Shown piece after piece: positions 12,834 through 25,671 of a stretch of 55,373 bases of DNA. The position numbers and the translations under genes were made by a program. Numbering within the stretch: position 1 is the stretch's first letter; each line of letters starts with the position of its first letter. The notes under the pieces were generated by a model. The model was not told the origin of the DNA. It saw only the letters and a program-made list of their open reading frames with translations, and made no database searches. Where the stretch lies: contig NC_068983.1 in assembly GCF_001194135.2 (NCBI RefSeq), positions 67,538,300 to 67,593,672 of the forward strand. Direction: 5' to 3'. Origin of the DNA: Octopus bimaculoides. Its lineage: Eukaryota.

Positions 12834-13645
12834 ATGCGAGAGAGTTAGGGGTTGAGGATCCAACCCACTAAGGGATAGTATCTATCCAATAGTCATAAAC
12901 ACCTGTACTTTGTGGGGTTTTTTTGTCAATTAGCTATGAATTGAATTAATGAATTCAACGGGATACACTGTCTGCAAGTCGTTGGGTTCAGCATATTATC
13001 CTCCATTTTCTAATTGATATATATATATACATACGGTATATTTGAATGTTTACACATGTATGCATGTATGTATAGGACATGTATGAATGTGTGTGTGTAC
13101 GTATACACACGCTAGCACCTAATGCGGCGTTGATCGTCTGTATTAAAGCCCAAACTAAGTGGCCAGATTTCAACGATCAGTTTTCAGTTCCACGAACTGA
13201 ACTACCTGCTCATCGAATAAGAATCTAACTGGCAGAGCACTTCATTGTTTACTCTTAATACATCTCCTATTGTGAATCATCATCGGTACACGGTGAACGA
13301 CAGTTACAGATACAAGCCATCCAAAATACTTCCAGTTTCCCTCACTTGTAAGGCTTGGGTTGATGGGAAGTTTTGGTAAAAGACAATCGCCCTAGTTGCG
13401 TAGAAGCTGGGGCAACTGACCTTTATTATATATTGAATCTATGATCTCATGATTGTGCAACAAACTTTTTAACAATGCAGACATGCTGCACCTAATACCA
13501 AATGAAGAACATGATTGACGATGTTTTGGATAAATTGCATTAAAAATTTTTTGACAATTTATAATACTTTCCATAATGTTGATTCAGTAACATTGAAGCA
13601 CTTCAGAAATGTCGCAAACTAAGCTTCACAACATTCGCAATATTA

Positions 13646-13678
<33 letters not shown>

Positions 13679-14029
13679 ATTATTATTATTATTATTATTA
13701 TTATTTCACGTGATATGTAAACACACATAAGTTTGCTTTTGATGCGCTGTAATGTATTGTAGTACAAGTAGAAAGACATACTTTTCAACGCGTAAGTACT
13801 CATAGAACAGCATATATAGGATAAAAGTCTGACATATCCTATATATGCTGTTCTATCAGTACTTAGGCGTTGAAAAATATATCTTTCTACTCCTAATGAT
13901 TTCATTTATTTGTCACAAGGTTGAAGTATGAGAGGGACAATACAAAGACAGACATAAAGTGTATAGGTTTAAATGTAATGAAATGATAAAAAAAAAAGAG
14001 TAAAGAAAGAAAGTATACACGGTGTACAC

Positions 14030-14684
14030 TGAAAACTAAGGAGCATATGCATAGCATACAAAGGTTAAAAAAAAGTGGCGGGAAGGATCACAGAGATACG
14101 GCCCTCCTGATGCTGGAAGGCCGCTTGGGATAACCGAAGAACCCCACTGTTTGAGATTTCCCTGAACACCAAGAGTAAGTACCGTCTCCAATTCCTTCTC
14201 TCCGACTCGCAGGTCTACACTCATGCCATTTTCGCAACTTTCACCTACCTTTCAATAAATTCACTCGAGGACAGCACTTCCTTCTCCAATCTCAATTTCC
14301 TTTTCAAGTGAAAATTGAAGAAATCAATGAGAGGAATGTATCTGTCCTCATGCCTTTCAGCCTTATTCACGAAACAACCTCTTTCGCCACAGCCACCAGG
14401 ACAAAGGAAAACTGTCTTGCCTGCCCGACTAAAGGAGGTCGGCGGTGCAATTATCACCACAGACTCGGCCGACAGACAGATCCCTCCCACACGCGACAGC
14501 GGCTGTTCCACATAACCCCACAGTGTCCGGACACTGAACGAGGGCGTGCAGAACGGTTTCTTTACTCTGCGCGCACAACATACAAGCCTGTCTGATATCA
14601 TATCCGTGCCTGTAGAGTTTATCTCGAATCGGTAGCGCTCCCGGTAGCACTGCCAGGCCAAGTACATCTGGAAATTATCCATGA
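14030..14684 (-). mobile_element. L1/Tx1-like LINE 3' fragment (ORF2 C-terminal Cys/His domain plus 3' UTR), frameshifted
   Basis: Minus-strand peptides WQCYR/GALPIRDKLYRHG..CMLCAQSKETVLHALVQCP and DFFNFHLKRKLRLEKEVLSSSEFIER. The CxxC-HxxxxC knuckle is typical of L1-clade ORF2 ends; Tx1 assignment is from recalled similarity. Confidence 0.7.
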
Positions 14685-14707
14685 TAGTGTCCGGACATTG
14701 TCCGGAA

Positions 14708-15013
14708 CAAAAACCTCTGCATGGCAAATTTGTGACCCGTAGCAAACAAGCTGATGTAGACAAGAAGCACACCTATCAGTGGCTACGGACCTCACGGCTA
14801 AAGGCACAGAGTGAAAGCTTTATATTGGCTGCTCAAGATCAGAGCTTATTGACTCGGAATTATCAAGCCAATGTGATGAAAAATGGTGGTGAAAAATAGA
14901 TACTGCAACGAAGGGATTGAAACAGTGAACCATCTAATCTCTGTGTGTAAGGCATTAGCACCTGTAGAGTACAAATCAAGACATGACAGAGTTGGCCAAT
15001 ATCTACATTGGTA
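14708..15013 (+). mobile_element. R4/Dong-clade LINE fragment (post-RT and zinc-knuckle region), frameshifted
   Basis: KPLHGKF..TYQWLRTSRLKAQSESFILAAQDQSLLTRNYQAN..RYCNEGIETVNHLISVCKALAPVEYKSRHDRVGQYLHW, with AAQDQ, C..H...C and RHD motifs of R4/Dong elements. Confidence 0.8.
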
Positions 15014-15043
15014 TAAAAACATTCAATCACATTTATGCACACC

Positions 15044-15143
<100 letters not shown>

Positions 15144-16404
15144 ACACATACATACTCCACCCCATAATTAGTCTTAGGGAGGTAGATTTTTTAATCAAAA
15201 TTTTCCCCAAAATTATAAATGTATGAATGCAAGACCTGGTGAATTTCGTCTTCAGTGGATTCTGTTCGTTCTATTGACTATAGGCATTCTTTTCAGCGGA
15301 TGTTATCCAATTTTTATATTACGAGATTTTATTTTCAAGGACATTCTTTATAGTTAAAATTTTCATTTATTATATCATTGTGTTGCTTTCTTTTTTACTC
15401 TGGTAGTTGTTTTATTTGTAACTTCGTTGTTTGTAATATGTTTCGTTAGCCATTATAACTGCTGTCAATCTATGCATCATTTAGTAGTTTTGAAATTGTC
15501 TACGTTGCCATCACGGTTCTGTCCCTAACATGTTTTTCTCGCTTCAGTTCAGTTATTTCACATCTTGCTTATTTAGAATCGCTAAAAGGTACTTTTGCTA
15601 GCTGCTATTTACATGCCATAAAAATATTCTCTTCAAATGGTTTCTTGCTTTGCTAACTATAGTTCAGTCATCACATGTTACGATTTGATACTTTTCGTAC
15701 CTGATTTTGTCTATATTTTATTCTATGCATTTATATGACCTGAATTAGCTAGCTCTTAATGTTGCAAGTCTTTTTGCACGTACGCGCGTGTTATATAAGC
15801 CTACACACACATACATGTATGTCAGCAATATACAACGCTCGTAAACAGTAGTGGGAACGATAACTGTAGTGAAAAGAACCAATCGACTTAAGCGTGTATA
15901 AATGAACCCCGAAAAGCAAAAGAAAAACTGTTTTGCTTGTAGCTCGCAGTGACGCGAAACTTGAGTTGCAAGAAGAGTGATTCAGTTTAAATAAATATTC
16001 AAACTTACGTCTCATGTCACTTCCCCCACACAGATAAAAAAAAGTGCACCCCAACATGAACGGGCAAAGTAATATATACATATACATACATATATANNNN
16101 NNNNNNNNNNNNNNNNNNNNNNNNNNNNNNNNNNNNNNNNNNNNNNNNNNNNNNNNNNNNNNNNNNNNNNNNNNNNNNNNNNNNNNNNNNNNNNNNNNNN
16201 NNNNNNNNNNNNNNNNNNNNNNNNNNNNNNNNNNNNNNNNNNNNNNNNNNNNNNNNNNNNNNNNNNNNNNNNNNNNNNNNNNNNNNNNNNNNNNNNNNNN
16301 NNNNNNNNNNNNNNNNNNNNNNNNNNNNNNNNNNNNNNNNNNNNNNNNNNNNNNNNNNNNNNNNNNNNNNNNNNNNNNNNNNNNNNNNNNNNNNNNNNNN
16401 NNNN

Positions 16405-16443
<39 letters not shown>

Positions 16444-16653
16444 GTATGTATGTACGTATGTATGTATGTATGAAGAAGCGTTTTAATTAAAACTTGATTG
16501 CAAGTTTTCACTTATTATTTATTTACTCCCTTTTCTGAAGTTCGACACCCAACTAAAATATTGCACCGGTGTGAGGCACGCCCCACCTTGGGAAACCCTA
16601 CTCTAAAACATGTATCAACTACTTACGTCGTTTTTTACCCGATAAACATGAAC

Positions 16654-16698
<45 letters not shown>

Positions 16699-16740
16699 CT
16701 GTTTCTTACAATAATGATGTAGATATTGGGGCTAGCATAG

Positions 16741-16741
<1 letters not shown>

Positions 16742-16801
<60 letters not shown>
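16742..16801. repeat. (TAC)10(TAG)10 microsatellite forming a perfect 60-bp palindrome
   Basis: Centre CTAG at 16770-16773. Confidence 0.9.
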
Positions 16802-16878
16802 TGTTGTTGTTGTTGTTGCTGTTGTTGTTGTTCATGTTGCATTATGATAATTGTAGCAGTTATTGATAACGATGCTGA

Positions 16879-17137
16879 GGTCATCTTCAAGTTTAGGGGG
16901 GTAAAAAAAAAATATTCAAGGGAAGTAACTGAACGTCTTACCAGTATTCTCCGTACATCTCTGTTTATAAATAAATCACACACGTGATTTGATTGACGTT
17001 AGGGTTAGGGTTAGGGTGAGGGTGTGATTTATTTATAAACAGCTAGAAGAAAACGGATAATACTGGTAAGTCGTTCAGTTATTTCCCTTGAATATTTTTA
17101 TTTACTTTTTTTAACCCCCCTAAACTTGAAGATTACC
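16879..17137. mobile_element. 259-bp fold-back MITE with 9-bp TSD (Merlin- or Mutator-type) and (TTAGGG)3 in the loop
   Basis: Arms GGTCATCTTCAAGTTTAGGGGGG...ATAAATCACAC and GTGTGATTTAT...CCCCCCTAAACTTGAAGATTACC. CGATGCTGA flanks both ends (16870-16878 and 17138-17146). Confidence 0.85.
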
Positions 17138-17233
17138 CGATGCTGATACTTTTGGTGTTTGCAATTTGTTTATGATGTTAGTTGATAAGTTTGATCAGAT
17201 ATTTCAAGCGCTGCATCTATGCTGGTGTTGTTG

Positions 17234-17265
<32 letters not shown>

Positions 17266-17667
17266 GGTGCTGCTGCTGCTGCTGGTGTTAATTATGATGT
17301 CGCTGTTGTAGGTATTGAGAAAACTTCTACGCCATTATTCTGGTAACGTGACACGTTATCCTATAAGCTCTAATCCACATCAGCACCAAAAAGCTGCTTT
17401 TTATTCCCCTTTCTTCAACATCTTACACAACTGTCAACATCCTCAAGACGAGTCAACGCTTGCACTGCTAGATATAGTAGTCAAATCTACTTGCCTTCAC
17501 ACCAGCACCGTCTTACATAAGATATGACAATGAAATAATGCTATCTTATGCCGTTGATTATAGACCTGTTCAATCTGAATATCATGTCCAGGTACAAAAT
17601 TTTAAGAAGCGTCTCAGATTATTTTGTTCACTAATTTATATAACCACACAGGCTAGATCACACTGTG

Positions 17668-17714
<47 letters not shown>

Positions 17715-18164
17715 TGTTGTTGTTACTATCGTCGTTTAGCCTCAAGTCAATCCACTCGCATTGAGCAAACATAAACATTCCGTTACCATGTTACCATGTT
17801 ACTTCTTCAATCACAATGTATCTTGGACTACATTATCTAATTAACAAACGTGTCCTTTCATTTTTCTAAAGAAGTAAAAGGGGACTATTGAGGGTAATTT
17901 GGCTGCAATTTCTATCAAGCTGATGGGACATATAGGGCCTTATCTTCAATGTCACTAGTAGTTATTCTTGCCCTGCAAACTTTTCTTTACAAAGGTAAAT
18001 TTAAGTATATTTAAATACATATAAGTTATGATCTGCTTTGTGTTAATTCACAAAAATGCCTTTACTTGTATGTCATATATATATACTTACGCAAATTCAC
18101 TATAAGAATATATGATACAATGATATCAAGGCAATGTAAAACGTGCTATCTTAAAGGCAGCGTG

Positions 18165-18290
18165 TTCGCACTAATATATATGGTTCTGGGTTCAGTCCCA
18201 CTGCGTGGCACCTTGGGCAAGTGTCTTCTACTATAGCTTCAGCCTTGTGAGTGGATTTGGTAGACTGAAAGACCGTCGTATATATATATA
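18165..18290 (+). mobile_element. SINE family B 5' half, running into (TA)n and a gap
   Basis: GGTTCTGGGTTCAGTCCCACTGCGTGGCACCTTGGGCAAGTGTCTTCTACTATAGC. Confidence 0.8.
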
Positions 18291-18480
18291 TATATATATA
18301 TATATATNNNNNNNNNNNNNNNNNNNNNNNNNNNNNNNNNNNNNNNNNNNNNNNNNNNNNNNNNNNNNNNNNNNNNNNNNNNNNNNNNNNNNNNNNNNNN
18401 NNNNNNNNNNNNNNNNNNNNNNNNNNNNNNNNNNNNNNNNNNNNNNNNNNNNNNNNNNNNNNNNNNNNNNNNNNNNNNNT

Positions 18481-18652
18481 ATATACTTTATTTAAAAGCA
18501 GCAGAAACATAACAAAAGACTGTTACTCTGAGTTTCACGTTCTCATTCATCGGACAGTTTTGTTTTCTAACAAAACTGTCCGGTGAACGGGAACGTGGAA
18601 CTCAGAGTAACAGTCTTTTGTTATGTTTCTACTGCTTTTAAATAAAGTATAT
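18481..18652. repeat. 172-bp near-perfect hairpin (about 84-bp arms, 4-nt loop TTCT) in a (TA)n context
   Basis: 18481-18564 is the reverse complement of 18569-18652 with few mismatches. Confidence 0.92.
18520..18557 (-). ncRNA. Minimal type-I hammerhead-ribozyme-like motif (U4C core variant)
   Basis: CUGU CCGAUGA AUG-AGAA-CGU GAAA CUC-A-GAG UA ACAG: stems I, II and III and a GUA cleavage triplet are in canonical order. The mirror copy on + (18576-18613) carries two extra core substitutions. Confidence 0.6.
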
Positions 18653-18734
18653 TACTCTACTTCTGGCATTTGAGTACTCTTTTTTCCACCTTGTTGCACA
18701 TTTCATGTGCTTACTCGGGTATATATATATATAT

Positions 18735-19141
18735 AGTGATGGATACCGATATTTCACCATTTTTGTGGCTTGGCAACATCACATACCTGAATAGAACCGG
18801 GGATGATTCGAATCGCTATTTATAAACGGTATAAAAACCATTTGCTGATTACATCCAGCATCATGAAGGAATCTTACCCCAGGTGACATACGGCAGCTGA
18901 TCGGCGAGCAAACAAAACACATGCAGTGAGTATGTGCGGTCAATAATGCTTACAAGACTAACGCTGCTTTTAATTCGTTATCGAATTTAATTTTACATAA
19001 GCATCGCCGCGACATACCTGCAACTAGTTCTTATGCTATTTATGTATAGTCGTAGACTGGCAATTTAATTCGTCCCCTGATCGATTCAGGTATGTGATAT
19101 TGATAAGCCACATAAATGGCGAAATACTGGTATCCATCACT
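18735..19141. mobile_element. MITE-like element with about 57-bp imperfect TIRs (hAT-like AGTGATGG ends)
   Basis: AGTGATGGATACCGATATTTCACCATTTTTGTGGCTT..CATACCTGAAT versus ATTCAGGTATG..AAGCCACATAAATGGCGAAATACTGGTATCCATCACT. No TSD is recognisable. A diverged TIR-like copy lies near 4223-4270. Confidence 0.65.
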
Positions 19142-19343
19142 CCTGAAATGGATTGGCAGTGAGATGTATCGCTTGTATATGATTATCAGGTGTTTTAACA
19201 CCCAGAGTAATGAGAAAGTTTTACCTCAGGCATTATACGACACCGAACCGGCGAACAAAGAAAACACATGCATTGAGTATGTGTGGTCGATAATGTTTAC
19301 AACACTAGCGCTGTTTTTAATTCGTTATTGAATATATATATAT

Positions 19344-19384
<41 letters not shown>

Positions 19385-19639
19385 NNNNNNNNNNNNNNNN
19401 NNNNNNNNNNNNNNNNNNNNNNNNNNNNNNNNNNNNNNNNNNNNNNNNNNNNNNNNNNNNNNNNNNNNNNNNNNNNNNNNNNNNNNNNNNNNNNNNNNNN
19501 NNNNNNNNNNNNNNNNNNNNNNNNNNNNNNNNNNNNNNNNNNNNNNNNNNNNNNNNNNNNNNNNNNNNNNNNNNNNNNNNNNNNNNNNNNNNNNNNNNNN
19601 NNNNNNNNNNNNNNNNNNNNNNNNNNNNNNNNNNNNNNN

Positions 19640-19730
19640 TAGCGGTTCGATAGAGTAAGTACTGAAAAAAAAAAACTAAGTACTGAGATACACTAGCATG
19701 ACCGCCGTCAAATGACTGAAACAAGAAAAA
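19640..19730 (+). mobile_element. SINE family B 3' end emerging from a gap
   Basis: TAGCGGTTCG..GCATGACCGCCGTCAAATGACTGAAACAAG. Confidence 0.7.
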
Positions 19731-19917
19731 TATAAAAGATAAAATATAATATATATACATACCCAAAATGCCCAACATTTGTAATTTACTAACATTGTGC
19801 TGAGATAAAATAAAATATTCAAAATTATTAATATTTCTGTTTCTCTTCATTTGCTTTTCCCGCCATCTATCTGTTAGTCTATCCTATTTTCTTTCGTTCT
19901 TTCTTCCTTTATTTTTT

Positions 19918-19959
<42 letters not shown>

Positions 19960-20193
19960 TTTCTTTCTTTATATACCGGCTCCGAACTGTTATTAATATT
20001 CTTGCTGCTGCATGGGTGGCATATAATCCACATAATCCACTCACAATAATCCGATCGCTCACCGCCCATCAATAATTCAGCTATCATTTCGTTAAAAAGT
20101 TGGGGATCACTTGTGTGATTGATTGGTTGCTTGCTGCTAAATATATTCATGGCAATTATAGCACATTCATACATACGTACGCATATATATTGA

Positions 20194-20616
20194 TTCTTTT
20201 ACTTGTTTCAGTCATTTGATTGCGGCGATGCTGTGGCACCACCTTGAAGGGTTTTATTCTATGAATCAACCCTAGGACCTTTTTTTTTTTCTTTTTGAAG
20301 CCTGATACTTATTCTATCGGGGCATTTTGCCGAACCGCTAGATTACGGGAACATAAACGCACCAATACCGGGTGTCAAGCGTTGTTGAAGGGACAAACAC
20401 AGACAGACAGACACACGCGCGTACACACACACACGTGCACACACACACACAACCGGCTTCTTCTTATAGGTTCCGTCCACCAAATCCACTCACAAGTCTT
20501 TGGTTGGCCCGAGGCTGTAGCAGAAGACGCTTGCCCAATGTGTCACGCAGTGGGACTGAACCCGGAACCATGTAATTGGGAAGCAAGCTTCTTACTCCAC
20601 AGCTACGGCTGCGCCT
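20194..20616 (-). mobile_element. SINE family B, full length, diverged
   Basis: Reverse-complement head (GCAGTGGGACTGAACCCGGAACCATG), core and tail. Confidence 0.85.
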
Positions 20617-21043
20617 AGATACAGCCACGCCTGCGCCCATGATTCTTTCAATTCCTGAAATAAATATTATTCTATACACAGTATCAAGTTCCCTTTTCTC
20701 ACCGATATACCCACATAGTTCTGAAACTTTTCTTTCTTACACTCAGAAATGCTTGAGAGTACGATACTGTATTTCCTGTATCTATATTTTTATGGCCCAT
20801 ATCCCTAACTAAAACCCCACAATTCAAGCCAACGACGGAGCTTCTACTTGATCGCTTCATCTGCCAGAAATAGTAGTCAAATCGCCCTCAAGCTACACCT
20901 TACAACCGTAGGAAAGGAAAGGACATATTGAGTGATGTGGTTCTACTTGAAGTTTTTCTACAAATCCATTGAAAGAGGGGAGAATCATAGCTGAAGTCTT
21001 TGATTATTAGTCTACTCAATCAAGATTGTTGGAGGAGTAAACC

Positions 21044-21112
<69 letters not shown>

Positions 21113-21122
21113 NNNNNNNNNN

Positions 21123-21189
<67 letters not shown>

Positions 21190-22332
21190 GTAACCTGTTT
21201 TGAAAACGTTGTGCATATTTCTGACAAAGAATAATTTTAACCCAAGAAGTTAGTGAAATTTCTAAATTCCTCGATCAGAATAATAGTTAAGACTATCTTA
21301 ACATGCTTCTGTTGAACTGAAACGTTTTAACGACTGAATTAAATACACACACGCAGGCACATACACACACTCACACATACACGCGTGCACACGTACACAC
21401 ACACACACACACAAGCCCAGATATCTGCCTCGATTTCTTGAAAAAGAAAGTTCTATAAAATATTTGTTATATATTTCTACACACACACACACACATATAA
21501 ATATGCGTATGTGTGCGAGTGTATGTGTGCGAGTGTATGTGTGTGTATATATACCAGTATTCATACATATCCACACACACACACGCACACACACACACAC
21601 ATATATATGTACATATATACATATAATTTTCCCCATCATATATAGTTCCTGTGGACGTTAAGTAAAAATCTTGTTCATTATAGCGTAAGCGTAACCTAAA
21701 TTCACTTAACAAAAACAACACTCTCTCCTTTATTAACACCATTATTGACAGTACCTCCTTCAAAGCTGTTCTGTGTTAGCAACGAAGAACGACACTGCAT
21801 GACATTATGCCACCGAGAAGCGAGCCGAGACATGAAAAAATTACACTGGTTTAGTAATAGTAAAGAAGTCATTATGACACGAAAAAATATGTCAAGCTGT
21901 CTAATTATAAATTAGTACAGTAGCAATGATACACTCTTGCTTCTCCTCAAACATTAATAACTGTACATATCTGTATAGACATTAGCAAATTCTAGAAAGT
22001 AAAAATAAAATTTGTAAATATTTCTAATCTATTTCCTGACGAAATTCTTCAGCGGAGAATTTTTAAGTATTTGGATTAAAACTTTAATTATTTTCAGATG
22101 TCATGCGGGAAATTTTATACGTAGTTTTTTTTTTAAATAGGGGCTATGAGAACAAGAGGAAAAAGTCCATGTATCCTGCAATCAGAAAAGGATTGTGTAC
22201 GCAGCCTAAACACTTTGCTTTCAATGCATTAGGCCACGTAAGTAGGTACAAAAGTAAGCAAGTACTGCATGGTGGTAGAGTTCCCAAAGATGTAGACATG
22301 TACTTCAAGATATGTATGTATGTATGTATGTA

Positions 22333-22382
<50 letters not shown>

Positions 22383-24345
22383 GGCGGCAAGAATCGTTAG
22401 CAGCCTGCTAGAAAAAATACGACCAAATTTATCTGAAATCACAGCTGACCATGACAACTGAATTGCAAATAAGATTATTTTACATGATGTTTGAATAAAG
22501 CCAAGAAAAGAAAAAGACAAAAATGACTGGAAAGCAGGTTTGTCATGGTTAGAACGCTTAAGGGTCTATCTGCTCAGTGAAGTCTGACTTAGCTTGAAAC
22601 AACTTCTTTTCAAGTTCTGACTTCAAAATCTCCACGAGTTTGACTTTGATACTTCTCTCATAAATTTTCCTCTTATTGTTTAACTTTGAAGTAGCAGCAG
22701 CATTAGCAACAGTAGCAGTGGCAATAGCAGTAGTAGCAGCAGTAGTTACGGTAGCAGTAGCAGCAATTGTTGATGCTGTTGTTATTAAGTTGCAGCGATA
22801 ACAACATCAAAATAAACGCATCACTACACCTTACAGTAACTCTGATGCAACAGCTTTACTGTGACCGCACAGGTACTTTTAGTTTCAGCATGTGCAATAG
22901 TGCTGTTAACCTTCCACCTATCTTTGTCTTCTCCGATCAACGCCCCCCAACGCCACTACTACCTGTAATTTTAACCGAGTAAGCAATAGTAATAAGTTGA
23001 TCCTCGCTACTTATGGTAGCACAATGGATGGTGATGCTATTATGTATAATCACTTTGCACAGTATGTTTCCAATGTCAGCCTGGCTGCTAAAGGTCAACG
23101 ATGTATGACATATCTACAGCAACATCAGGAGTTTTAATACGTAGAAACAACTCCAAGTACAAAAAGCAGTTCCTTCACAGTATGAAACTTCTCGAGTGGA
23201 CATAACTACAAGACCACTTACATCATTTAGACTGATTGTTTATCAAGTCCGAAAGCACGAAATTTCATTCCGGTGGGATTTGAACACAGACTATGAAAAA
23301 AAAAGTGATCAAATACCGCAAAGCATTTTGTCTGACACTCTGTCATTTCTTCCATCTACTTCCGTTAAGTCGGTTAAATAGACCTTAAAACTTGGTAACA
23401 GCACCCACACTGAGAACAGTTAAATATCTGCTTCTATTATGGAGGTATATTTCTTACTCTGGAGACATCTCGTGGATTATGAATAAATAATTTCAAAGAG
23501 AAAGATAAATCAAATAGTACACACAGCTCTAGTATCATGACTAACTTCAATATAAGAGACTATTCCTGCACTGAGAGCAGATTCATAGCAAGGCACAGTT
23601 CCGGCCAGAGAAACAAGTTGAGCCAAGTGGACAACTGTTCTATTTCGAAATGGAGGCAAAATTGTAATGGCATTATTTATTTTGTTTCTTTTTTACGCTT
23701 TCTTTTTTTCTTGTTCGTTTCTTGTTATACTTCTTTCTTCTAATCATCGCAATAGCATGGAAACGGAAAGGATAAGATTTCGAAAGTAAACAAGTGTTTG
23801 TAATATACAAAGAATCAACACAATTTCCTTTAATTCTATGGTCAAGGTCAGAAAACAATGTAATAAACTGCCTAAATCTCAGATTTGTCAAAGAATCGAA
23901 AAGAGGTGGAGCAGTTAATGACTTTTGCGTTTAAATAAAAACAAATAAATAAATATGTTCGCTTGATGAAAACTGCAATACAACTAATTGTTGAAAATTG
24001 TATAATTTTTCATTAGTTGAATTATTTTACTACGAGTAAAAATGTAATTGGTCTCCTAGACAACAAAAGAAGATATTTTTTGAAGAAAATAAAAGTGAAC
24101 TGGACAAATTGCTTTGATCATGCTTCAACTAAATGAGGATAACACACACGGAATTTTCCCGGATTTTGCAGTTCCTCCATTTCAATTCCTTTCACATTCA
24201 ATACCATAGGTTGATGAAATTCCATTCTCCCCATTGTCATTTTAACACGAATTATACCTCATACACATGTACGAATATTGGAATGTTTTAATTTCTGATA
24301 ATATGTGTGCAAGTTGCTTTCCGATCACCAATTGTTGTTTACGAG

Positions 24346-24377
<32 letters not shown>

Positions 24378-24384
24378 TCTTTTC

Positions 24385-24520
24385 AAAGTCACCGAGGTTG
24401 ACTTTGCCTTTCATTCTTTCGGGATCAATAAAATAAATACCAGTTGTGTACTAGGGTCGATATAATCGACTAGCCCATTTCCCCAAAATTTCAGGACTTG
24501 TTCCTTTAATAGAAAGGATT
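24385..24520 (+). mobile_element. SINE family C 3' part with (ATT)n tail
   Basis: GAGGTTGACTTTGCCTTTCATTCTTTCGGGATCAATAAA..CCCCAAAATTTCAGG..AGAAAGGATTATT. Confidence 0.8.
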
Positions 24521-24551
<31 letters not shown>

Positions 24552-25620
24552 ATATTATCATCATCATCACCATTATTATTAAGCGTCTCATACTGACTGT
24601 TTACTTCTCGTGCATTGGGATATTTATACCCTCTACCCTTTTTCTTATTTATTTTAAGATATTCGTAAAATAAGAAAACCAACACATTTCTATCCAGTAG
24701 CTGTTCCATTTATTTCGCCTTTCCTGGGACAATAGCTTAATCACCATTATTAACAAAGCTATTCGCAATGACTGGCTTAGATTCCTACGTATATTCTTTT
24801 GGGTATCTTCAACAGACCTTTAGTTATGAATGGTTTCCCTTCACATCTTACAATGGAAGAGATTTTACTACCGCGCGACTACGTATGTAATTAACAACAT
24901 TAGAATTATTAATGAAAACATTTCTCACGTGTTTCACAGTGAAGCGAGATTTATCCAGTTTGTATTCTTTTGTTGTTAAATTACTATTAAAGAGAAATGG
25001 TCTTCCACGTTTCTAAACTTTAAGGGATTTCCCTATTAAGTATATTACTTTGTACTTATGCATATTACTCTGTAAGAATCCATGGTTTGAATTGCTTTCC
25101 TACAAACCTTAATGTGATACTTACTAGCATATCTGATGAATTTAACAAACGTTTCACTAGGTAAGAGTTTCTCACTTTTGTATTTCTGTCCTACTAATAT
25201 AGTTCTCCAGTTCAAATGCCTATAAATTCCCATATGCCTAAGAATCATTATGTCTATGAACAAAATCAAATGACCACACGTTCAGTAGACCTGCTACTCC
25301 TATGGGCAGATCTATGTTGGATGATGGATGATCCTTCTCGTGATAAAAGAAGCCAAAACATTTTTCGCATTACTGATGCTTATGATGACCTGATGAAGCA
25401 GCTCAATGATGAAAAAATCAAACTGTGATCATTGTTTTCCCAATGTTCAAGAAACTCAAGACCGTATTATTCAAAAATATCAGTAGTCATTCTTGAGCCA
25501 TAGCCTAATATGACTGGATTCCCAGATTCTGTGGCGTATATATTTCCCTCCTGGACGTATTGGTTAGGTCGTTTATTTTCCGATAAAATGTTGGCTGCAC
25601 CGCTAGTGTATATCTTTACG

Positions 25621-25671
<51 letters not shown>

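Noticed and set aside
15245-15270. Minus-strand CUGAAGA-C-GAAA
   Set aside because: No stem II and no convincing stems I or III; likely chance.
16999-17022. (TTAGGG)3 as a true telomere or fusion scar
   Set aside because: Only three perfect units, enclosed within a MITE that has its own TSD.
25077-25428. Possible 84-bp exon (GTAAG donor at 25161) and the 70-aa ORF at 25216
   Set aside because: The intervening intron would be 50 bp with mismatched phase, and no homology was recognised. May be a decayed DNA-transposon end.
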